A stretch of DNA of 59,749 nt, counting the filler, from Sphacelaria rigidula (Eukaryota): the NCBI GenBank assembly GCA_964200075.2. It is 5 parts of 5 records of this genome, joined end to end, with 100 filler letters (N's around TTAATTAATTAA, not from the genome) between each part and the next. Parts side by side here need not be neighbours in the genome. Positions count along the whole stretch, not along the records: positions 11,973 to 23,843 come from CAXNAA020004396.1; positions 23,944 to 35,813 come from CAXNAA020004397.1; 3 more parts are not named here. The stretch is one strand, 5' to 3'. The notes beneath the pieces were generated by a model. The model searched no databases. It was not told the origin of the DNA and saw only the letters and a program-made list of their open reading frames with translations. Below are positions 13,132 to 26,696 of this stretch, piece by piece (the first letter of the stretch is position 1; the number at the start of each line of letters is the position of its first letter). The position numbers were made by a program, and so were the translations under genes.

Positions 13132-16100
13132 ATGCCTCCGAAACGAGGCAAGAAAGGCAAGCGCCGAGGGGACGATTCGTCCGATGACGATGTGGACATG
13201 GATGCGCTCGATCCCTTAGCCGGCCTCAGAGCCTCTGGCAGGGGCAAGGGCAAGGGCGGCGGCGGTGATGGGGACGAGGACGGAAGTGAAAAGAAGAAGA
13301 AGCCTCTAACCAAGAAGGAGAAGAGGAGGCTAGAGGAGGAGCAGCGGCGGCAGAAAGAGCTCGAGGTAAGGAGAACAGCCTGCATACTTCTTCTGTTGCA
13401 AGCGGAACTGAGCTGAACCGCGCTGTACTGATGTGCTGGACTTCCTGTCCTGTCCTCTAACCTGGGATTATTACCAGCCTGTGTGCTGCTGTAGTGCTGG
13501 CATGTCGCCAGACGATCTTCGGAGGGGGAATGGTTTGTGCCGAAATCGCACAGCTCAGTACAGCACAACGCAATAGTGGCACGTGTGGCAAAAGAGCATA
13601 TGCTGCTTTCGCTTGATGAACTGCATATTTTTTGTACTTTAATCTGTCTTATACTGTTGTCTGTGTTGCAGCTAAATCTCGTCCGCGGCCGGTACGCCAC
13701 GTCCGGTGTTCAGTTGTTAATGGTCCGTGCAGTGCTGATATCACCAAGACCACGCGACTCCCGATTAATATTATACATGCACACACAGCGTGGTACGGCA
13801 CCGGAGCCAACGGTACCGCCCCACGTTTTGTGTGTGCACGTACACGTATCGAGTATTCATAGCTGTTCCGAAGCTGGCAGCTCCAGCGTCGGCTCCTATT
13901 TTCCCCAGAGTGCGTCAACCATGCAAGTGCCGCCGGTGTGTTCACCTTGTTGTTCGCCTCGCTTGCCTCACTTTGTCATCCACTCTCCTGCCCTCCCCAG
14001 TTCGTCGACACATCCCACATACCCACCTTTGATTATCGTTTCTTTGTGCGCAGGCGGCTTCGGCGGGCGGAGATTCCGATGACGCGGATAACGATAACGA
14101 AGATCACGGGGATGGTGCAGAAGAGGAGTCGGAGGCACCACCGGCGGATGACTCCAAGCCGCCATCTTCCACGGAGTTCAAGAAGAGCAAGGCTGGGAAG
14201 GTGATAACATGTGCATTGTGATTGCAGTGTACAACACATGTAAACCGCGTTGTTTGAAATTCGGCGGTCGATCGGTGGTCCGACAGTTTTGATTGCACAT
14301 GTGCCTTGCATCATGCACAGTCAGTACATCCTCGCCGTACAAAAGCTGTCTGACATGCCCTCCAGGGTATATCAGCCTCGTCCGCGCCGTCGGCCTTCTA
14401 TTCGACAATCCAGCCCCCCACAGTTCTCCCAGCTTTTGGAGGGGGCAATAGTGCAGGCGTAGATGGCCGCTGGTAGGCCTGGTGGAAGCCAGCATTTCGG
14501 ATGGTCAGCCTCGTGGGCCCCAAGCCTCCTTTTTCGGCATCTGTTTCCCGTCTTGCAGTCTCGTGAAACAATTTTCGGGACTGGGGGTAATTCGAGATCA
14601 TCATAGAAACAAGACAACCCTAGGTCAACCGTTCACTCTGTATTGAAGTGGGGAACGTACTAAACTCTGTACAAAAACGCGGGAATGAATCACAAGGTTT
14701 TAAAGCACTTATCATGTCTCGAACGACCAGCCGTGATGCATCGTGCAATTGCGGCCACGAGCTTGTCATCGTGTCCAAAATATTGACCTCGCCAGTAGAT
14801 AGAAGGGGAGCGTTGCCGAGAGACTGTCAGTGTGCAGCACTCTAGTATGGTGGGAGCTGAGGGATGGTACAATACAGAGCAGTACTGATCGTCGCTGATT
14901 TCATGACTTTTGGCTAGTTCTTCTGAGTCTGAAAAAAACTGCGTTCACAGCACCGCAGACCTTGTCAACCGCCCAAAACCACCGTACCCCCCCGAGCATC
15001 ACGCGGTCGTAGCACTTTGTAAAGGTGATTTCACACGATGCGCCATGTTTCCACCACGGCAGTCATGATTAAGTGCGGAACCTCAGCATTCAAATTAATT
15101 ACTTGTGTGCTTTTCTCAATACAGACGCACGTTTCGCCCCTACACGTTGCAGCTTACATTATAGACAAGAGGTGATTGTAGGACCGATAAGTGGCACTAC
15201 CACGTCTTCGGAGTGCCGCATTTTTTGTGCATGTTTAATCACTATGCTTATCCGCATGTATACACCCACTTTGCGACAATAGAGCTTTTTTTTCTCGTTC
15301 CCTGATCTCCCTGCACGTATATCATCACCTCACTTACCTCGTATGCCCCCCTCCCCTCTGCCCCCTCTGGTCTTACTAACATCTCCGTTCCTGGTGCGCT
15401 AACGCGCGACCGCGCCATGTACCCTGTCCTGTGCCAGGGCAAAAAGGGAAAGGGCGCCAAAAATGAGGGTGATGGCGACAAGGATATAGGCGAGGTCGGC
15501 GATGCTGGCGCGGGGGGCGAAGAAGATCGCCCTAAAAAGCCGCTGTCGAAGAAGGAAAGGAGGAGACTCGACGAAGAGGAGCGAAGGCAACGAGAACTTG
15601 CGGAGATCGAGGTGCGTTTCTCTTTTAAATTATTGTTCGGAAAAAGGTGTTCACTGTAGTCCTCCACGGATGCTTTTGAGAACTGTTCCTCGTTCGGAAT
15701 GCATTCTCCACATAGAAAAAAAAATGTTGATGAAACAATTCGTGAAAAACACTGTGTATCTCCATTTTGTTGAGTTGGCGTCATGTTATCTTCATGAGTC
15801 GCTACCGGACCTAGATGTTCACCAGCGGGTCCTTACGAGGGCTCACGTCTGACGTAAAAAAATCGGGAAATTGCTGTACGATTGTCTGTGAAGTAATGAT
15901 TTTCTTTCCCGACCGGCCCGATCTGCCATTGCCTGCGTTTTTAACAATTTTTACTTGAATCAAGCACGACCCGTAGCTTTGCGCAGTGACTCGTCCCCCC
16001 GAGCGTATCCTCCAACATATGATACGGCTATACCCGCAATCTTTGTGAGGAGTTATCAACCAAACTGCCTCATTGTTTTTGCGGTTGGAAATGGCTCTGG

Positions 16101-19100
16101 TCGTCAGGCCCTGGCGGCTGCGGAAGACGACGCGGATGCTGGAGGAGCCGAAGGAGCCGATGAGAATGCCTCTTCAGCGCCGGCTGTCGCTTCCAAGAAG
16201 GGCGGCAAAAAGGACAAGAAAAAGAAGGTACGGTGACGTTAAGTGCGGTGCGTCATTGTTCTGGGCACGACTGTCCTCGGTCAAAAACCGCACAAACTTC
16301 AACGACTGCAATAAATCGTGAGCGGCACGAGCACCATCGGGCAAACCATCCCCGTTCTTGACGTACCTACATTCGACATTGAACGATGAACGGTCATCAT
16401 CGTCGTAATCAGGGCTTGTGACTGGACGACAGGACGGGGTGGAGCCTGTGTGCGCATCTGGTCCTCTCCATCCATGCTTCGAACACCCTTACAGTACACT
16501 CACCCGCACCTTTCCGAATGCGTGCTTGTCCTCGTACGCCTATGCAGGGTAAGAAGGGTCGCAGAGGAGCCGACAGCGATGACGACGGCGAAGAAGGCGA
16601 CCTCAGTCGCTGCATGGATACTCTCTCAATAGCAGACGACGGCGCACCCGCCGGCGCCGAGTCCGCCGCGAGGGAAGAATCCACGACTCGAGAAAAAGTC
16701 CCCCCCGCCAAGATGTCCAAGAAGGAACGCCGGAAAGCGGAGGCGGCGGCTATGGCAGCAGCTGCGGCGGCTGCTGAGGAAAGCGCGGATGATGAGAATG
16801 ACGATGATGAGGATGAAGCGGCGCAAGACGAGGAAAAACTGGAAGCGGAAAAGGCTGCTGCTGCTGCTGCAGAGGAGGAGAAGAGGGAGGCTGCGAGGAT
16901 AGAGAAGGAGGAAGAAGAGGAGGCGCGAAAAGCGGCTAAGAAGGCCGCCAAAAAGGCGGAGAAGGCGAAATTGTTGATGGAGGAAGAGGCGGCGGCGAGG
17001 AATGGTGGTGATGGTGATGAGGATGATGGACAGAAGAAGCGGATATCTAAGAAGGATAGGAAGAAGGCCAAGCAGCAGGTATTTCTGTTGTGTTTGTTGG
17101 GTGAGGGGAGGGAGGTTGTAAGATTGAGGAGGGTTTGTGTGTGCGGCAGGGGGGGGGAGGATTTTTTTTTTTTTTGTGCTTGTTCTCAATTCTGAAATGT
17201 TATCTGTGTAGCGGGATCGTGTGCGTGTACGTGTCTATCGACGCGCTCACGCTTCTGCCTTTCCTGTGTAGAAAGAGGGCGAGAGGGCGGAAGATTGTGT
17301 GTTCATGAAATCTGTTGATGGTGCACACGGGGTAAAAATAAGGCCTTCTTGTCCGCTGCTTCGTTGTAGCGCATGGTGCCATGTCGGCACGCTCAATGTG
17401 TTGATGCCAAGCATCACCTTGTCCTCTGCCGATGGCTTTTAATGTATTTACGCAGGATGTGAAGAGTCTACAACACGAAATGGAAACTGGACACCCCCAT
17501 TATCTTTCTTCTTGTTGGACTTCGTTTCGCCCCCCCCCCCCCACCCCATTTTAACAAGACAACCGAAGCGTTGTGTATATCTTCACTAAACAGACTNNNN
17601 NNNNNNAAACAGACAACACCAAAACGAAGCCCGGCCCCCCCCTTTTCTTTCTCGTTCTTATGCTTCTGTCCCCCCCCCCCCCCCCCATATTTTGAAGACA
17701 CGAGGTTACCCCGTGTGACCATTAGTCTATCCGCTCAGGCCTGCAAGTCACGTGCACGTGCGCCGTTTCTAAAGAATATGCTTTTGGCGTCCAAGGCCCA
17801 CCAAGAAATGAAAATTCTCGACTGCCGACCATAGAATACTTACTGCAATGCGCACAGGGTTAGAGTTGCTTGATTTTTTCACGATCGGGCTACTTGTTTT
17901 GTCCACGCGTGTATTGCGTGCTCTATCAGTTTTGTCTCCATGTGACTGTAGTCACTTTTTCCCTATTGTGATATTTACCGGTTCATGGAGTACGCCTGTG
18001 CAGTTGCCCACGAGGTTTTGGTGGGCGATGACTACCGCAAATCCGGTTCGAGATTCGTGCAAATCATGTGTCCTCCTCCACCCCCCCGCCGCGCGCACCT
18101 CCCGTCTCCCGCGCCCGAAATTGTCGTTGTTACAGGGCAGCAGTAAGAAGAAAGACCAGGTAGATGAAAGCCCAGCACCGGTTCCAGAAGAGACGAACAC
18201 AGAAACGCCTCGGGCAGGGCCTGCCGATGACGGTGACAACAAGTCGCCGTCCCCACTGCCGCCGGCGGTAGCCGCCGCTGAAGAGAAAGCGGCTGTCGCC
18301 ATGGACGTGGACGGAGCTAGCGGCGGTGGTGATGCTGCTCCCGCTTCTGTCTCCCCGCCCGCTGCGCCGGTCGATAAGGCGGACGCCGAGGTCAAGAAGG
18401 TGCGCACCCCACTTTTCCTCTCGGAAGCTGTTTGCAGCCCTCCCCCGTGTTGAATGTGACTGTGGGGGGGCGAGGGGAGGGGGGAGGAAGGAGGGCTGAA
18501 GGGAAGAGTAGAAATAACGTGGTTGGTTTTTTGTCGGTATCGGCATCGGTGTAAGAGAGATTGGTTGATTAATGGATTGTCGCACATGAGCTGACCCCCG
18601 AGAAAGCCAGCTGTGCTTACAAGATGATCGTACCGAAGGTAAACAAAACGAATACATTGTGCCAATGTCGCCATTCCTCGGCCTCTCTCTCCCGTATGCG
18701 TCTATTGTGGTTTGGTATGGGCGTATACTCTGTAGGGCTTTCGGTACACGCGCACGCGGGAAAGATACCTGGCAATCCCTCCGCCCGCATGCGCGCCCCT
18801 CTTCATAGCTGTTGATGCTCAAGGGCACATTGTGTTTCGCCTGTGACTCGGCACCTTTATTGTCCGCTGCAAACGGAAGGCTCGGCAACAAAGTATGCAC
18901 ATCTATGCTTCGGCCGAGAGATCTCGGACGAGTCGTAACCCCATTATTTTCCATGTGGAAGGCTTGTTTCCCGTCCCCCGCCCCACCCCGCCGACCCGTC
19001 GTTCTCATACTTGTTAACCAGCCGCGCTAACAGTACTAGCACTCTCACCTGCCCTCTGCCATTTCCGTTTCCCCGAAGCAGCCGAAGAAGAAGACTAAGC

Positions 19101-22100
19101 TGATGCGCAAGCTCGAAGAGGCAGCAAGACTCAAAAAAGAGGCTGAGATGAGTGCGGGCGTCAAGTCTGCCGACGGGGACGCTGAAAGTCGGGCGGCGGC
19201 AGAGGCGGCGCGAGAGGAGAAGAAGCGGAAAGAGGAAAAGGCCGCCAGGAAGGCCAAGAAGGAGGCGGCGAAGGAAAAGGAGTCAAAGGTGTGTCTGCCG
19301 GAGAAGCGCCGAGTGTGAGTGATGTCGGCTGTAACCCCTATCGGAGGCGGTTGCACTAAATACAAGAAGCCTTAATTTTTTGCCACACGGGTATGGTGCC
19401 GTGTTTTTTTGGCTCGGAGCGAATACATCTGGAGTATCACAGATTGTAGGAAGAGAGGGCATTTTTTTTTATGATCTGGACACGGGTGCCGCCATTTGGG
19501 TACTGTCGACAACTGTCTGAGCAATCGGCAGTATCACCGGCCGTACCATTCCTGACGATGGTATATTTTTTTGGTTTTCAGTCTTGTCGCGGCACCGTAT
19601 GAGACAGTATAACTCTTTGTGCGAGTGGCGCGTTGTTGGGGTCCGAAAAAGACATCACTCTCATGTTTTAGTCGGGTGGTGAAAAGTGTAACCCTAGTTA
19701 CTGGTGAGGTGTTGTTCATGTCCCAAAACTTGGCTGTTATTTTCACGGCGGATGGTGACGGTCGGTGCTCGGGTGTTGCACCGTGTCGTGTTCGCCACAC
19801 GAAGATATAATTACGTTTGCGGGGAAATGCCTGCGTTCTTGTGCCTCCAATATGAGAGTCATGTGCGGAAATTGAAGTTGGAAGCTAGCCATGCTTCCTT
19901 AAGGTGGCATCCCGCAGCACTTGAGGTGAAAGACGGGCAGTGTAGGAAAAGGAGAGGCAGGAACCATCGCTGGGAATTCATCGTCAACTCCCTTTCTCCC
20001 TGAGACAACTCCACTCCTCTCATTATTCTATAAGAGGGGAGGAGGGGAGGGAGGGGGGATACTACACCTCCATGTCATCGCAGCGCACTGGTCAAGGCGG
20101 GAGGGTGGCAGGGGCTGCATGAGTTAATACGGCTACATTGTATGCGTCTGCATGGTTCCTCCCCTTGTGTACGTCCCGCCACTATTGTATAAAAATCATC
20201 AGTAAAAGCTTCAGTACAATATTGCGGATATGGGTCGTGCGGTTGTCGGGGGCGAGGGACGTTCTCGATGGTGTTCTTGTCTTTATTCTCTTTTCTAGAA
20301 CATCCAGTGTGTTCACATTCGTGTTGTACCTATTTTTACCTTGTCCTACTCATTTTTTCCCTTCTCCTCTGCCCTCCCATCTTTTCCCTCCTCCCCCTCC
20401 CTCTTTTCTCCTTCTCTTTTCCAATCCCCCCGCGTATGCAGGTGAGAAGCATATTGGAGGATTTGGACGACGCGGAGTACTACGGAAGCGACCACGAGGA
20501 GAGAGAGAAGGGCAAGAAAGACGGCGGTGCAAATAGGCAAGAGACGGTGGAGGAAGAGCTGGCGCGCTTGGTGAGTTGGCAAGGGACGGTGTATACCCCA
20601 CCCCCGGGTGATGACGCCGGACCCCGTGGAACATAGCGCGGGTATATGGGGGGGAAGGGGTGACACAGCCTGATAAGAGTATTAGATACCGACATGTTAT
20701 ACGAGTGCGTGTGTAGCATGCTGTTCCCGGCTACAGTTTTGGGCATGTCATTGACCGTTGACAGCTCCTCCGTATCTGCATTAACCGTACTTTACATCGC
20801 ACAATCAACAGCATGAGAGTGCACGAGAGGATATGTATGTAACCTAGTACATGCTGTGCAGTGCTCGTGATTACCCAGGCTCATTTCTAGTAAGCGAAAA
20901 TGTATGTGTAGACAGAGACCTACATGAACGGCAGCATGAGCAGCATTTGTTTTTGATAAACAAAGCATGTCCAGCTTGCACCAAAAAATGACTGTTGATG
21001 TGGGTAGTGATGATGCTGCTTGGCGTGTAGAGAGCGCATACAACACAAGCCCTCCGCGAGTATTTTTCACGGGTAGCATCAGGTCGCCATGTGCGTTGCA
21101 GAGCATGCCTGCGGCCCGTTGCAAGTTTGGAGAGTGGGTGAACGCTGATATGGTTGTCATGCTCATGAATTCGTGCACCGTGCGGTACAACAGTACAAAA
21201 TAGCAGGGGGTCTTGACGCTCGCTGATAAGGTTGTGACGGTCATGTATTTGTGCACCTTACGGTACAGGACGATACGGCAGGGTTTTTGGATCGTATGTT
21301 TCGCGTGGCGTATATACATATATATGTAGGTATGAATTGATTCCAACAATTGATGGGCGTGAGTGCTTCATATTTTTTACGGCATCTGACGACTATTGCA
21401 TACCATCGTTATAATTTGACGCACTTAACCCCTAGCTTTCTACTCTTTGGCGAAACCGACCGGACCCCAGCGGGGTGCTTTACTCTGTATGCGCATTCTC
21501 GTGAGGTCGTAGATGTTTTCTTCAATCCTTCTCCAGCATGTTACTATGGGCGTCGGTGAAACATGAGGCGTCGTCTGACCCGGGGACGGGAGGGGTATGT
21601 TGAATTTGAAAGGGCTGATGTGACTGATGGATACATTGCTGGGGGACGATTGATTTGGAAACGCCCAGGTGGCCGCGGCGGAGGCCGGAGGAAAGACGGC
21701 CACGGCAAGACAACGCAAGAAGATTCTCCAAGATATCGAGGTGATGGGATGGATGAAATGCCGTTGGTGGGTCGCCTGGCTGGCTGATTGGGTGGATGGT
21801 TGGCCAATTGAAGTATTGATGGCCGGACATGAACTCATCCGCTACGCATTCGGCTGTGGTCACAAGATGGATATAATTGCCGCATGAATCATGATGAGTG
21901 TCAACGAACTAACTCATCGTTGAACCTGAGAAGGGGGAAACAGGCTGATACTCTCTGAAGACATCACACGTTGTGTGAATAAGGGATGGTGAAAGCTTCC
22001 GTCACTTTGAGCCCTTTCATCTTCGTGGCTACCATCAGGTAGTAGTATAGGGAAAGGCGGTCTTCGTAGCCTTGAGTACCGGATATAAAACATGATGAAT

Positions 22101-23639
22101 TAGTATCACCATTCCAAGGGTCGGACGAATTAATGATTCGTCCGGAAATTCTTGATTTTTTATGTCATTGATTCGTACGGTACAAACCAATCCTTTGCTT
22201 TGTTTTCAGCGTTGCAACCCAGGTACGCGCACTCCAGGCACGTGGAATGGCCCAAAAATTGTGTGGAGACCTTTTTGACCAGCGATCAACTTTTTTTCCC
22301 TGTTTCGAGCAATCAAGCCTGAAAAGTCGTAGATTTGGTGATTCGAACGGCGATGATTCGTCTGAACAGTGCCATTCGGTTACCGTCTGGTGTCACGTCG
22401 ATGAAGGTGCGGGTTAACCCGCGAGGAGCGTCCGTTACGCTTTAATGGGGGAAAATGGCTGACCTTGTCATGTACATCTTGATTGGAAATTAACTCACCC
22501 TGTATATTGTCCTTCCTTCCTGGTATGCGCGTGCTTGATGAATTCAACCTCTCCGATTTTGCGACCGATGCGTGTGTATTTTGCATACCCTGGACAATGG
22601 ATTCTATTGTCAAAAAATGTACTGCGTACAGTATGGAATCTTTTGTCTATTGCAACAGGCACAATAGTCGATACTGTACGCAGTACACTTTTTGACTGTG
22701 TGTTCTATTGTCCAGGGTATGTATTTTTTTGCCGAACCTGAGAGAGAACTCACCTCTGCGGACGCCCATCGCTGGGGCGTTTAGGTGACAACAAAGTTTG
22801 TACCCCCGGGTACTCGATGCTCGCAAGTTTTGATGGTAGTAACATGCACTATTATTTCAGCTTTCTCGTCTCCTGTCATGTTTGAAGCATTATGAAGTGT
22901 GTCATTTCCCCCGCAAACACGGAAAGATGGATAAAATCCGAACACGATGACAATTTTTATTCGCAGGCGCGGAGGCGCGCGGCCGCGAACGAAGCGAGGG
23001 AAGAATTGGCGCACCGAGACGGAGCGCAATTCGGGTGCTCTCAGACAGCGGTCACCGCCGGCGATCTGCAGTGGAACAACTCTCTCGATATCACCATCGA
23101 TGCCTTCAGCATCTCGGCGCACGATAAGACCCTGTTCAAGGATGCGTCGTTACAGGTACCTTGCGCGCTGCCAGGAACCCTGAGGGGGTTATCTAGAGTA
23201 AATAGGCGTTTGTTGTAGGGGAGAAAAGTTCGCCACAAGGGTGGAGAAGAGCCGTCTGCTCCGAGTGACGTGTCGTGTGTTACGTGACGTCCTCGACACT
23301 CGGAACAGGTGGTATGTTTACCACGCGTGTTATCCGGCGAGCTATGCATCCGTCTTTTGCTGCATACATGCAAACCTCCCTAGAATGATGAGCCTCGGGT
23401 CGGTTTTTTATTTTCCCGCCGAGCCCCGAATGTCCTTGGCTTGGAATTCGTTAGGACAAGCGGATATTTCGAAGTGAAACGGCGAGAATTTGCTGCTCCG
23501 AACTGCCGTCGGAACGTGCTATGTGTCATCTGCCGCAGGTGGTACACGGACGCAAGTACGGGCTTGTGGGCCCGAACGGAGCCGGGAAGTCCACGCTCCT
23601 CAAGATGATTGCTTCGGGGGAGCTTAAGATACCGCCAAG
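13132..23639 (+). CDS. ABCF1: ABC-F family ATPase (ABCF1/ABC50-like soluble translation factor), 5' portion, 11 exons
   Basis: Exons with canonical CAG/GT ends and one continuous frame: 13132-13365, 14054-14200, 15438-15611, 16108-16227, 16548-17078, 18136-18399, 19082-19288, 20442-20570, 21669-21740, 22967-23155, 23539-23639. Last two give [56 protein letters not shown], the start of NBD1 with Walker A, typical of ABCF1. Lys/Glu/Asp-rich N-terminus. Remainder is beyond the contig end. Confidence 0.9.
22115..22375 (+). repeat. Dispersed repeat shared with 46445-46705 in reverse orientation
   Basis: GTCGGACGA..TGATTCGTC, TGATTCGTACGGTAC, GCGTTGCAA.CCAGGTACGCGCA, GTGGAGACCT.TTTGACCAGC and GATTTGGTGATTCGAAC all recur as reverse complements. 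Confidence 0.8.
22588..22717. mobile_element. 130-bp palindromic MITE flanked by TA
   Basis: TA|CCCTGGACAAT...ATTGTCCAGGG|TA termini plus inner arms GTCAAAAAATGTACTGCGTACAGTAT / ATACTGTACGCAGTACACTTTTTGAC. Confidence 0.8.
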
Positions 23640-23732
23640 GTGTGATATACCCCCTCCCCTTTCCCTCCCCTATATGAGCACTTTGCCGCGTCATGTGTAG
23701 CCAATTTCCATGGTACTGGTGCTAGTTGTAGG

Positions 23733-23769
<37 letters not shown>

Positions 23770-23843
23770 GGGGCCGGGGGGTTCGCGGCTTTTTGTTCCC
23801 CATTTTTTTCGGGAAGTATCACGTGGATTTGCTACCCTTTAAT

Positions 23844-23943
23844 NNNNNNNNNNNNNNNNNNNNNNNNNNNNNNNNNNNNNNNNNNNNTTAATTAATTAAN
23901 NNNNNNNNNNNNNNNNNNNNNNNNNNNNNNNNNNNNNNNNNNN
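23844..23943. other. Artificial contig spacer
   Basis: Same 100-bp spacer. Confidence 0.98.
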
Positions 23944-23954
23944 CCCAAACCATC

Positions 23955-24358
23955 CATGATGGCGGTTGAGCTGGATCATGTTGTGCGGCGTGGGAGAACC
24001 TTAACTCCGCACAATGGGGATGATCGTACCGTGTAGTGTTTGAATGGTGAGACACCCCATGAGGCAGTTTGAAAGCTGCGGCTGTCTCTGGAAGTGGCGA
24101 TACCAGACATTGAAGCAACTCATTGAAGGCTGTGATCCAAGTGCAAGATAATCAGTAGGCTTTGGGCCGAACAATCGTAGCCGGATGTTGCTTACCCTTC
24201 ATGCGACTCGCCGAATACACCACGGCACTACTTCGCGCTTGGTGATTGAGTGCGAGCCTGGTCCGACGAGAACCCGGCGTACTCCGTCGTGGCTTTGTAG
24301 GGATGCGAGGTCAATGGTCTGATGACTATGGCATGCATAATCATGAGTACACCCCCCT
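23955..24358 (+). repeat. Dispersed repeat family ending CATGAGTACACCCC, long copy
   Basis: Aligns over ~400 bp with 25113-25512. Shorter copies at ~2523-2640 (-), ~8195-8288 (+), ~24944-24990 (+), ~26998-27110 (-), ~45708-45920 (+). Confidence 0.85.
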
Positions 24359-25112
24359 CCCCCCCCGCATGCTTGGAAAAGTGTATGGCGAAAAAGGTGT
24401 ATGTAAAAGCAAAAAAAGGTAAAAGATGCGCAAAAACAACTTGACAGCGAAAAAGGTACAGTAAGGATCGTCTAAATAAAGGCCATTTCGTATATATATA
24501 TATATATATTGCGTATATTCCCTGTAGATTGTGTGCTGTACTTCAGTTCGGCATCATTATTAAATGGGGAGAAAAAATGTGATGGTCGATTTGAGACTTG
24601 TTCTCGTTCAGGCCATCATCGCATTTTTACAAGGGTCACAGTCCTAAGAGCCGCCCAGCGTGCGCGCAGCGTGCACAGAACGCGGTTTGGCTCAAAGTGG
24701 CGCACGATTTGAGCGGAGAAAACGAGCACACTACCAAGGAGGCAACAAGCACCCCTCTTGCCTACCCGAGGGTTCTCTGTCTGCGTTGGGTTGGGGTTGG
24801 GGATAGGGTTGGCGCTACGATTAGACGAAACAAAGAACACGGTGCGTGGGGAATAGTTTGCACCTCCTTCCCCCCTCCCCCTCCCTATGGTCGAACGACT
24901 AAGGCAAGCAACAAATGAGTACCCCCCCCCGCCGCCCCTCTTGGCCTGGTCCGGCGAAACCCGGCGTGCTCGGTCCCGGCTTTGTAGGGACGGACTCCCT
25001 ACGGGGTTGGCGTCGGTTGGCAATGGCGCTATTTTACACACCACTCATTGCGTAAGGTAGGAAACCAGGCTACAGATTCTTTTGGAACGCCGGCGTTCTT
25101 TTTCGCGTTCAC

Positions 25113-25512
25113 CATGATGGTGGTCGAGCTAGGTCACGTTATGTGGCGTGAGACAACCTCAACACCGCGCAAAGGGGATGATCATCATGCTGCGCGTTGC
25201 ATACATGATGAGACACCCATCAGGCAGTGTGGAACCCGTGGCTGTCTCTGAAAGTGGCGATACCAGAAAATGAAGCAACTCATTGTAGGCTGTGGTCCAA
25301 ATGCAAGATAACCAGTGAGCTTCGGGCCGAATAATCTTAGCAGGATGCAGCTCGCCCTTCATGTGACTCGCCGAACACATACACGGCGCTTCGCGCTTGG
25401 TGATTGATTGCGAGCCTGGTCCAGCGAGAACCCGATGTGCTCCGTTCCCGACTTTGTAGGGATGCGAGGTCGATGGTCTCGAAGACGGCATGCAACACCA
25501 TGAGTACACCCC
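25113..25512 (+). repeat. Dispersed repeat family ending CATGAGTACACCCC, second long copy
   Basis: Shares GAGACACCCAT..GGCAGT, GGCTGTCTCTG.AAGTGGCGATACCAGA, TGAAGCAACTCATTG and CTTTGTAGGGATGCGAGGTC with 23955-24358. Confidence 0.85.
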
Positions 25513-26204
25513 TCGTCTCGGGCCCCCCTTGGTATTGACATCGGTTGACAATGGCGCTGTAAAACACGCCACCCACTGCGTACGCTAGGCGACCAGGTCA
25601 CAATTTTTTTTGTGGTTGCGTTTGTTTTTGCGGTCATGATTTTATTGGGCAAAGGACAAAGTTCTCACACTGTTCCCGAGAAAAATGTGGATTTCTCATA
25701 ACTCGGGCAGCGCCCGTGCACAATGAATATTTTGAAAATGATGGCTAATTCCATCCAGAATGTATACATAGGATAATATGTTTTTTGCAACTGCGATACA
25801 ATGCTGGAGAACAAAATCACGGTGTGCGTAGCCCCCCCTACTCTGCCCATGTATTTTTGCGATGTTTTCCTCATCTCACATGTCTTTTTGTTCAGACCCG
25901 CGGTCGAAAGATATAAAACTCCTGGACAACTGCGCATTACAATCAGCCATTTCCCTTTCAGTTTCACGATGTACCACTTTAAGTTTCATTGCTGGGACGC
26001 CGTGACTATTTGCGAGTGTCATTCCGAATGCGGTTCGTTTTGTTCGAATAAGCCATGGTCTTACCTCACTGCAACAGAATTGAAACGACGTACCACGCAA
26101 ATAAGTAATCGCCAATATTACATCGGAACTGACTCCCTTGTTCACACCAAAAAAACTACAGAAATTATAATATTTTAGCTTCAGATCACAAAAAGAGAGC
26201 GACG

Positions 26205-26404
26205 TCACGATCGACGAGGGAAAAGGGACTGCATAACCCCTCTCGCGATAAAAAATAAGGCAAGCAACGCAGGAGGAAGGTGAAGCACTAAAGCAAAAGC
26301 AAAAGAAAATAAATCCTGTGTTCGACTTCCTCCTGTGTGACCCCGGCTGATGCGCCCACATATACCGAAAGGTGTAGGTTGGCGCCAAGAGTAGATGGGA
26401 TGAC

Positions 26405-26448
<44 letters not shown>
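26205..26448 (+). mobile_element. 5'-truncated copy of the SINE with long (CA)n tail
   Basis: TCGACGAGG..AAAAGGGA...CCTCTCGCGATA...CCGGCTGATGC..CACATATACCGAAAGGTGTAG aligns with 32068-32260, followed by a (CA)n run. Confidence 0.8.
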
Positions 26449-26450
<2 letters not shown>

Positions 26451-26696
26451 ACAGACGTTAGTGATTAATCACACGGGCAGGGTAACAACTAGGCCCTGAA
26501 AAAAAAGCATGCGCTCAAGTGTTCACTCCAATTGGCGTATATTTCACTCCTACTTCCCCACCTTTTGTGTTTATCGAAAAATAATCAAGCCCCAATTTCT
26601 CTTCATTTATATACTTGTGTATTCTGCTGCAAGGCTTTTGCAATCTGTAATACAAACGCTCGTTCGGTTTTTGCTCGGCGTTTCGTGGACAAATAG

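Noticed and set aside
16409..17189. Long antisense ORFs (also 8325-8747, 27741-28460, 43162-44028)
   Set aside because: Shadows of GC-rich low-complexity exons on the opposite strand.
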